In this document: piece after piece, positions 9,948 through 17,094 of the stretch
Numbering within the stretch: position 1 is the first letter of the stretch
How the letters are laid out: the number at the start of each line of letters is the position of its first letter
Origin: Azolla caroliniana
Lineage: Eukaryota > Plantae > Polypodiophyta
NCBI GenBank assembly: GCA_043228905.1
Contig: JBHGNT010000707.1
Coordinates: 1 to 17,094 of the forward strand
DNA: 17,094 bases
Direction: 5' to 3'
The notes under the pieces: generated by a model
Told to the model about the DNA's origin: nothing
Seen by the model: the letters and a program-made list of their open reading frames with translations, nothing else
Database searches by the model: none
Translations under genes and position numbers: made by a program

Positions 9948-9979
9948 TGACTCATAGATTTGTCTTGAGGAGGGTGTTC
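9948..9979. repeat. Direct repeat, right flank of the misplaced integrase segment (partner 9029-9061)
   Basis: See 9029-9061. This copy encodes the gag tail EHPPQDKSMS on the minus strand. Confidence 0.92.
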
Positions 9980-10442
9980 TTTCTTTCTTTCTTTCTCAAG
10001 ACGACCACAAGTATCCTTTGTGTGGCCCCACTTCTTGCAATACGCACAAAAGAGGTTCAGTTTCTTTTAGTCACAGTCGAGAGTGTCACTAGATTGCTTA
10101 CATTTCCCAATGAACTTGACATTTTGAGTTTTGGTGAACTTAGGTTTATTGTGGTTTTTCTTGGAAGTCCTATGGTACTAGAGTACAATGTTGACTGCTT
10201 CCTCGAAAGTTGTGGGGTCATTGTCATGGACAATCCAATGGTAATCGCTATTGCGAATACCATTCAAAAAACAAGCGACAAACTATTTCTCACCGGTGAG
10301 TCCCAATTTTTGGATCTGGGTCCAAGCATGATGCAAATAATCCTCGAGAGAGATAAATGGCTTGCCCGACAACGTGAGCAAGTTTTGCGCTTGTTCAGTT
10401 TGAGAAGGTGGTTGCAAGAACTATTTCTTGAATGTTTGTTCA
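9980..10442 (-). pseudogene. Gypsy gag C-terminal half with CCHC zinc knuckle, decayed
   Basis: Minus strand reads SLEDYL...FVACFLNGIR...DPTTFEEAV (capsid-like) and CAYCKKWGHTKDTC (CX2CX4HX4C). Confidence 0.85.
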
Positions 10443-10489
10443 CACTAGAGATACAATATGGGCAGAGTGGGACTTTTAGCCCAACAAGA

Positions 10490-11008
10490 TGTGGGTGTCA
10501 TGCATTATATGATTCATCAAAAAGCCATGTTGCACAAGATTTATGCCTATTGATCATGGCATTTGATCTCTTGCAAAACAAGGATGGTCCACTTTCTAGC
10601 TTATTTAGATTTTCCACGTCCCCTTGCATGTGGACTGCGGTATCATTAGCAAATTCTATATCCAAGATGCATTGGTGAGAGTGCGGCACATGAATACCAT
10701 GTATCGCGAGTTGAGAAAGCTAGAGAGTGCGTTAGCGTATAAGAGAAATAGGGATGGAGTCAATGGCCATCACAGTTGCACATGATCGTGATATTTGGAA
10801 CAAGGGGCCCCTTTCACCTGCTAGTGATATGCATCTACTAGAATTCCCTCATAGGGTTGTAGTGCCTTTGATCCATGACTCTTGGAAGCCGAGTTTCCCC
10901 ATCATGCTTTCTAGAAAAATCCAACATACCTTGTCATATGTTTTCTCAAAATTTAGAAGCGCCACAACTACCTTGTTGTTGGTATGCTTGGCAAGGGCTA
11001 CTGTTTCC
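10490..11008 (-). mobile_element. LINE (L1-like) reverse transcriptase fragment, decayed
   Basis: Reads ETVALAK..NKVVVALLNFEKTYDKVCWIFLE.MM.KLGF..SWIKG and IEFANDTAV..QGDVENL. Homologous to, but diverged from, 16116-16733. Confidence 0.88.
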
Positions 11009-11440
11009 TTTTGGTTGTCATTTTCCTTGGAAGTAAAGACTGAAATAGATTAATCTTTTCCACATTATGTTGTTCTAATAAATAACTATTCAAACATATG
11101 CCCACAAGTTACCATAATCTCGATATGTTTCCTTTAGGTTGCTCTAAAATTTACCACATGCATGTCCTTTGTCTTAGATATGCAAATTTCTATTATTAAT
11201 TTTGTTTATTCTTCGTCTTTCTTTGAATAAGTACTTTGTATACGTATTCATGCTTTTGATGATTTTTCTTATATTTGACTTTGTCTAAACTCATGAAGTA
11301 CTTTTATGCGTCATGACATTTTTTATCAAACCATTTTTTCTTTCAGCGACACGCATTGGTGTCCTTGGGAAGACATAAGCTTAACTAAAAAACATTTCTT
11401 TGTGTTTGAGAAAATGACTTTCTTTTGTAGAATTTTGGAA

Positions 11441-11470
11441 CTTTGTCTTTGTCTTTGTCTTTGTCTTTGT
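11441..11470. repeat. (CTTTGT)5 microsatellite
   Basis: Five perfect hexamers. Confidence 0.95.
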
Positions 11471-11549
11471 GATATATACTTTGTCTTTGCATATATAGCC
11501 TTTTAAGGTCTATGTACATATATTGTTCTTTGGAACTACAATGAAATTC

Positions 11550-11688
11550 CATGTACTCAAATCATTCCATGCATGTAAGATTAACGCAAAAAGTCTCACG
11601 AAATCAAATCATTCCATGCATGCAAGGTTAATGCAAAAATCTCATGGACTCAAATCTTTCCATGCATGTAAGGTTAATGCAAAAGTCT
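11550..11688. repeat. Three-copy 46-47 bp minisatellite
   Basis: Units start at 11550, 11597 and 11643. Core is TCAAATCWTTCCATGCATGYAAGRTTAAYGCAAAA. Confidence 0.92.
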
Positions 11689-11921
11689 TATCATTGTATT
11701 ATTATTTTTTCCTTCAAAGATTTTCTTTAGTAGTATTTAACAAAAAACACCCGAAGGCTACAACTTGAGCTTGTCTGCCCAGAAGCTTACAATTTTATTT
11801 ATTTATTTATTTCCAAAACAAAATATACTTCTTATACCAAGCATCATATGCATGTGAATCATCACCATTATTCCCATAATGTAAGGAATGATTAAAATCC
11901 AGCTCCCAAAGGGAGAGTTTT

Positions 11922-12151
11922 CCTGCCATCTCTCAAGAAAAACAATATTATGAGCAGTAGATCCACCATATTGTGATGTCAATGCATCTCCCATATTTTG
12001 ATATACATCCATCAGAGCATCTGCTATACTATTGTGTGAATCAATCCTTGGGAATATCTGACAGGCCCAAGGAGAATAACTGATGACCTAAGGCAAGCAA
12101 GCCATAAGCATATTGAGCAACATTTTTTCAATTGACGCAGTCAATAAAGTT
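11922..12151 (-). pseudogene. Fragment of a plant SAC-domain (FIG4-like, Arabidopsis SAC1-5 type) phosphoinositide phosphatase
   Basis: Reads NFIDCVN*KNVAQYAYGLLALGHQLFSLGLSDIPK, then after a frameshift SIADALMDVYQNMGDALTSQYGGSTAHNIVFLER. This matches the recalled family motifs NCIDCLDRTNVAQYAYGL and MGDALA.QYGGSAAHN. Confidence 0.88.
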
Positions 12152-12236
12152 TTTTCTTTCTTTTTTCAAACTTTTGGAAGTCCCAATGAATGAAATGCAA
12201 TCACTCTCTCTCCACAAAAATCTGGTTTAGATAACC

Positions 12237-13355
12237 AACCCCCACACCATCACCATTCATCCTGATAAAAAAAAAAGAAAATCAACTTCCTCAAGTCCAC
12301 ATCAACCATCTCGTCGTCGCCGATTATCACCAAAATCTTGTACCTACAAAAACAACATGAGTGTACTCTCTACCTCTCCTCATGGAAATTTTCTTCAACC
12401 CCCGCCAACATCATCACTCATCCTTATCTAAACTAAAAAATATGCTTCATTGTCCGCATCAACCATCTCGGAGATTACCACGAAAATCGTCTTACATCAA
12501 TAGTCTCGCCATCTCGCCGATTACCACCAAAATCCTATACTGACAACAACAAATGAGTATAAAAAAACTTTCACTCACCCCCTCATGATAATATGCTTCA
12601 ACCCCCACACCATCATTACCCATCCTGATCAAAAAATAGAAAATCAGCTTCGTCAAGTCCACATCAACCATCTCGATGTCTCCGATTATCACCAAAATCT
12701 TGTACCTACAAAAACAACATGAGTGTACTCTCTACCTCTCCTCATGAAAATTTGCTTCACCCCCCGCCAAAATCATCACTCATCGTAAAAGTTAAGGTGT
12801 AGAAGCATGTACACAACCTGATCAACCGAACAGCAACAAAAAATAGAGACGAAGGTTTAATGGAAACTTGAAAATACACGGTACGTGGGAGAGACAAAGA
12901 GAGCAGAACAGTAAACTTTGTTTCAAAAATAATCTCAATACTCTATAAAAACTCTATACATACAAATGTGCTATAGAACACTTTTTATACAAGTCCTTAA
13001 AGGAATGACAAAAGTATTAATGAGTACTTCAATGCTTGTACCGAGCGACTAATGTTGACTCCTAAGAATACGTCTACATATTAGGCTAGGATCGTAGGCC
13101 TCTAACAGTCTACCAGTTATACCGATCTGGATCATGATCCGACTTTCCAATCCAGCTCTTGGTTCTAGACACCGATCCAGTTCTTTGTTCTGGATACCGA
13201 TCTGGTTCTTTGTTCCGGATACCGATCCGGCTTTGGCTTACTCAGCCGATCCAGATCAAGTTGAGCTTGTCTGCTCAACATCATCCTTATCTAAACTAAA
13301 AAATATGATTCATTGTCCACATCAACCATCTCGGAGATTACCGCGAAAATTGTCT
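12237..13355. repeat. Higher-order tandem repeat (363-bp period made of two related subunits), second copy interrupted by a solo LTR
   Basis: Subunits start at 12237 (A), 12397 (B), 12600 (A') and ~12759 (B', resuming at 13281). All share CATCAACCATCTCG. A matches A' and B matches B' much better than A matches B. Confidence 0.88.
12785..13280 (-). mobile_element. Solo Copia LTR, same family as 6601-6905
   Basis: Minus strand starts TGTTGAGCAGACAAGCTC at 13280. TSD TCATC at 12780-12784 and 13281-13285. The empty site is visible in the sister repeat near 12415-12430. The far end reads ...TTTTAC, lacking the canonical terminal A. Confidence 0.92.
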
Positions 13356-13451
13356 CCATTCCAATATGCTGCAACCACCTCCTCCATCTTAACTCATGTT
13401 CTTAGCTACGTTCACTTAACATCAACACATTCTTTTTCAATTAGGTTACAA

Positions 13452-16400
13452 TTTTTTATTTACAATTGTGTATAGTAATCCTAAGACCAAAGATAGGACT
13501 TTGTAGAAGGTGTTAGAATTTGTTACTGCCCACAACCATGATTTACTGATATTCAAGAAAGGGTCCATGGAAGTTGATAGTGCCATTGAGGCCCTTGAGT
13601 TGACTCTGTAAACAAGGGAAACTTTTTCCATAAGTGAAGAAGCTTCTTCCTTCTCTTATTCACCGTCTCTGGGGAACCATGCATATTATCATATTGGCCA
13701 CGGACTACTACCAACAACTTCTCCCATATCTCAAGCAAGACATCTGAGAGACGTTGATCTGCCGCACTATAAAATCAGTTGCATCGACATTTCCATAATT
13801 CCCATAACGTTATCATAGTCACTGTTTTCCAAACCTAGAGAGATCGCACCTACTTTCGAGGTTGCTAAAAGGGGCTAACTAATATCAATCTTCTATTATG
13901 TACCATCATTGCCTCCTGAACATCGTCTACCTCATACAACATCAAGCTAGAATGTAACACTCCCCACATCGTTGATCCCCATGAAAATAGGCAGGCAACA
14001 TTGATTGTTAAGAATAATGAAAGGACTTTATTCCATACTTCTTGAGCTAAGGGACAAGAGTAGAGGACATGCTTGGAAGTTTCTTGAGCTTCATGGTAAA
14101 AGCCACATTGCCGAAGATTGGGTATTACATTCCCTTTCAATGAATGACCAACGGGTAATATCATATGCACTAATAGCCATCTGAAGAGAATAAATTTAGT
14201 TGGCCCCGTAAATGACCAAATCCATCTCCAGTAGGCTTTCAAATGCAAAGTTGAGACCCCCTAGGTGGTCCAATGTTTCTGAGCCACTGCTATCATTGCA
14301 TTCCGAGAGTGCAGTAATGATCTTCCAAGTTTTACTGAGTACTGAAAGAATGGAACCTTTATGATCTGTTCCCCCAAGGATGTGACCAAAACCAACCCTT
14401 TGAATCCCATGTTAATCTTGCAACAAGGTCTTTTGCGTACAACCACAACATATCACACATATGAGCCATTTAAGGATAAGGATCAAGCATCTATTTCTTT
14501 CTAGTTTTAGCAACCACTCCGACTAGTGCACTTCGCAAGTGTTGTAGATAACTACAATCAAAGGTATAAGGTTGTAATCTATGATTGTCTAGGACCTGAA
14601 AATAAGAAGCACACCCGTTAGGCGAAACACCCTTGACAGCCATCATTGTGTCATTTATAAAGCATCCAAACCACAAATGTTCCTGCCTAGTTTGGAAGGT
14701 TGTAGAAAACCAAGAATATGTTGCTGATATGCTAGTAGTCATTATCTTGGCACAATGAACATATTGAAAATGTGCAAGACGATCTTCTTGTGACATTTGT
14801 TGAAATTGAATCCAAGTTCTTACAGATGCAGCAGGCGCATGATCCAATTTACCCCAGGCAAGGTGAGTTCTCAGGCCCAACACTTTTCCTGCATTATCCC
14901 AAAATGGAGAGTTTGCAAGAAGAGGTTGATTAAGTAGTGCATCCTGTTTGGAAACATGTCCCTCCGGATGGGAAGAGTGAGAGTCGAATTGGATGGAGTC
15001 GATGAGTAATTCGGCCGAGGCCGAAAATCGATTATATAACCAATTCGAGACACTATATTTGTAAATAGTCTAAATGTGCCCCATGTGGGCTATATTTGTA
15101 AATAGTTAGACAACTGTGTAAGTATAAATACAACTAGGGAAAACTTTATGAGAAAGTATCATTAGTGTAGTTGATCATTATTACTGTTGTATAGTTGAAC
15201 GAGGTTGTGTGAGTAATCCTACATATGTCATTCAACGAAGACGAGCTCGAAGTTGTTGCCTCCGAGTCTCCTTGTATTTCTCTCTCTACATATAGTGATT
15301 TGTTTCTTAGGGTTAGTGGACCCCCATGGTTTTTCTTGATTCGGTTTTTCTTGATTCGGTTTTTCTACGCTAAACATACTTGTGTCTCTTTGTGCTTTCG
15401 TTTCTGTTCTTTTGTTCTTTGCACCCGAATATACATACGAGAAACCGGTTGTGGCCGGTTCCAATCCTAACACATCCCATGTAGAAAGCTTGTCCTTAAG
15501 CAAAAATGACTTAATCACATCCCATGCCCTTATGATTCCTAGAAAAAATTTATTGGATGCAAGATCCCGCCTTGGTGTTTGCACATCATTCACAAATAAC
15601 CACTTTAAAGAGGGTGACCAAACTCCTCCCGTCTTAGAACTTAACTACATCAACTAATTTAGAAATATTTCTTTCCACGCTTCTGATCCTCGCATAAATC
15701 CTCTTATCACAAACTTAGTTAATAGGGCTCATGATTGCATCAAAGGATCTATTATGCCCAATCCTCCATTGCTTCTAGGTTGAATTAACACATTCCACAC
15801 AACTTTGGCTATTGTTGGATATCCTTGCCCCCCCCCCTCCCCAAGAGGAAATTACGGATCAAGCTTTGCACTTCCGTTATTGCTGATCTAGAAAATAGCC
15901 AAATAGATGTATAAACCACGTTGAAGCCAGTAATACTGAGTTTGCTACTACCACATTGACAATAGTAATGGTGATAGCATTGATTCTGTCCTCAAATCTA
16001 TACCAACCATACATCCCAAATATCGAACTGGTTCACCATGGTGAAGCCATCATAAAGGACTTGGATACCACGCAGGGTGAGTTTCTTCACCCACCCAAAG
16101 TCCAACTGACTTATTCTAGCTAAGTGATGCACTTGTAGCATCTAAGAAAACTTGCAAAGCATCTTGTACCCGACTGAGATTACCAATCTCCCCATCAACA
16201 TAGAGGGTCGTGTCATCTGCAAACTGAATAGGTTGTGTAATAGGTAATGCTATGCTTTTTATACCAACCAAAAATGATCTTAGGTAGGAGGACAAAGCTT
16301 CCCCAAACAAGATAAAAAGAAAAAGGGCAAGAGATCATCCTTGCCTAACAAACCTAGAGATAGGAAATATTGGCCCATATCCTACAACCAACAAAACGGA

Positions 16401-16790
16401 ACTAGAAGCATGCATGTATAGGGCGGAACCACCTTTTATCCATGCATTAGGAAAACCTAATCTTGACAGCACTACCTCAAGAAAGTCCCAATCTACTTTA
16501 TCATAAGCCTTCTCGAAGTCAAGCAATAATACTACAAGTTGTTTATTTTGCTGAGCTAATGCAACCATTTCCCAGAACAAAAAGATGTTATCAAAAATAC
16601 TTCTATCTTGCAAAAAACCAGATTGTGTGTCATGAATAATAGATGGCAACACCAATTGTAATCTAAGAGAAATGGTTGTTTCCACAATCTTATACACAAC
16701 TTCATCACACTGGGCATCCAATTTAGGAATCATATATATGATCCCTTCCGTTCATTCTGCAGGCATATTACTACTTGAGAATATGAAAAT
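13452..16790 (-). mobile_element. LINE (L1-like) ORF2 remnant, 5' truncated: RT domain through C-terminal zinc-binding (zf-RVT-like) region
   Basis: Reads QSGFLQDRSIFDNI, LLLDFEKAYDKVDWDFL, VRQG*SLA.FLF, QFADDTTLY, then FRWLLVH.ILPVG...ETSKHVLYSCPLAQEVW. A short AATAAAAAA at ~13452-13460 is the likely 3' end. Boundaries are approximate. Confidence 0.9.
14945..15472 (+). mobile_element. Solo Copia-type LTR (528 bp) inserted in the LINE
   Basis: TGTTTGG...CCTAACA termini with a perfect 5-bp TSD CATCC (14940-14944 and 15473-15477). TATAAATA near 15123. Related to the LTR at 1-472. Confidence 0.95.
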
Positions 16791-17094
16791 TAACCGCTCT
16801 AGTAAGTAGAGGACCAAGAAAATCCTAATAATACATTGTATTCTTATGTATATTGGCCAAGTGAAACATTATGTATGTGATCCAATTAACCTATGAAGAA
16901 TAACATTGTGAGCATTATATTTCTACAAGTAAAACCATTATATGAGAGAGAGCGAGAGAGATCCTTTTTAGCATCCACGAGATATTGATTGCAATGAAAA
17001 GGCCTAAATCAAGGATCAAACTTTGGTTATCTCAATTAGTTCCAATTTTCTCTGAGTTGGACCTAGGACCTAGGACGCGGCGAGCTCAACCTGC

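Noticed and set aside
9947-10678. 243-aa plus-strand ORF
   Set aside because: It is antisense to gag and LINE remnants, crosses their junction and has no recognisable domain.
17054-17094. GGACCTAGGACCTAGGAC and GC-rich window end as an element terminus
   Set aside because: Too short and cut by the window edge to support a call.

Overview
Eukaryotic, plant-like transposon graveyard with no intact host gene. A non-seed plant such as a moss is my inference from element style, not proven. Left to right: a Copia-type LTR (minus strand, 1-472) inserted into a decayed non-chromovirus Gypsy pol (473-3759). That pol is fused directly to the 3' half of a decayed Copia element (3781-~6905, with PPT and truncated LTR). 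A patchwork filler junction follows (6920-7167), then a decayed minus-strand chromovirus (gag-PR-RT, 7168-10442) whose integrase segment sits out of order between 32-33 bp direct repeats. Next come a LINE RT fragment, an AT-rich region with tandem repeats and a pseudogenised SAC/FIG4-type phosphoinositide phosphatase fragment, a solo LTR, and a long decayed LINE (13452-~16790) carrying another solo LTR. The most unusual signal is two related non-coding insertions (845-1967 and 7593-8243). Both have TGTC...GACA ends and frame-verified 4-bp target duplications at GCGN-like sites, and both carry a tRNA-like A-box/B-box cassette in identical register. I see no convincing evidence of a new protein-coding system. 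All alignments were done by eye and family names need database confirmation.
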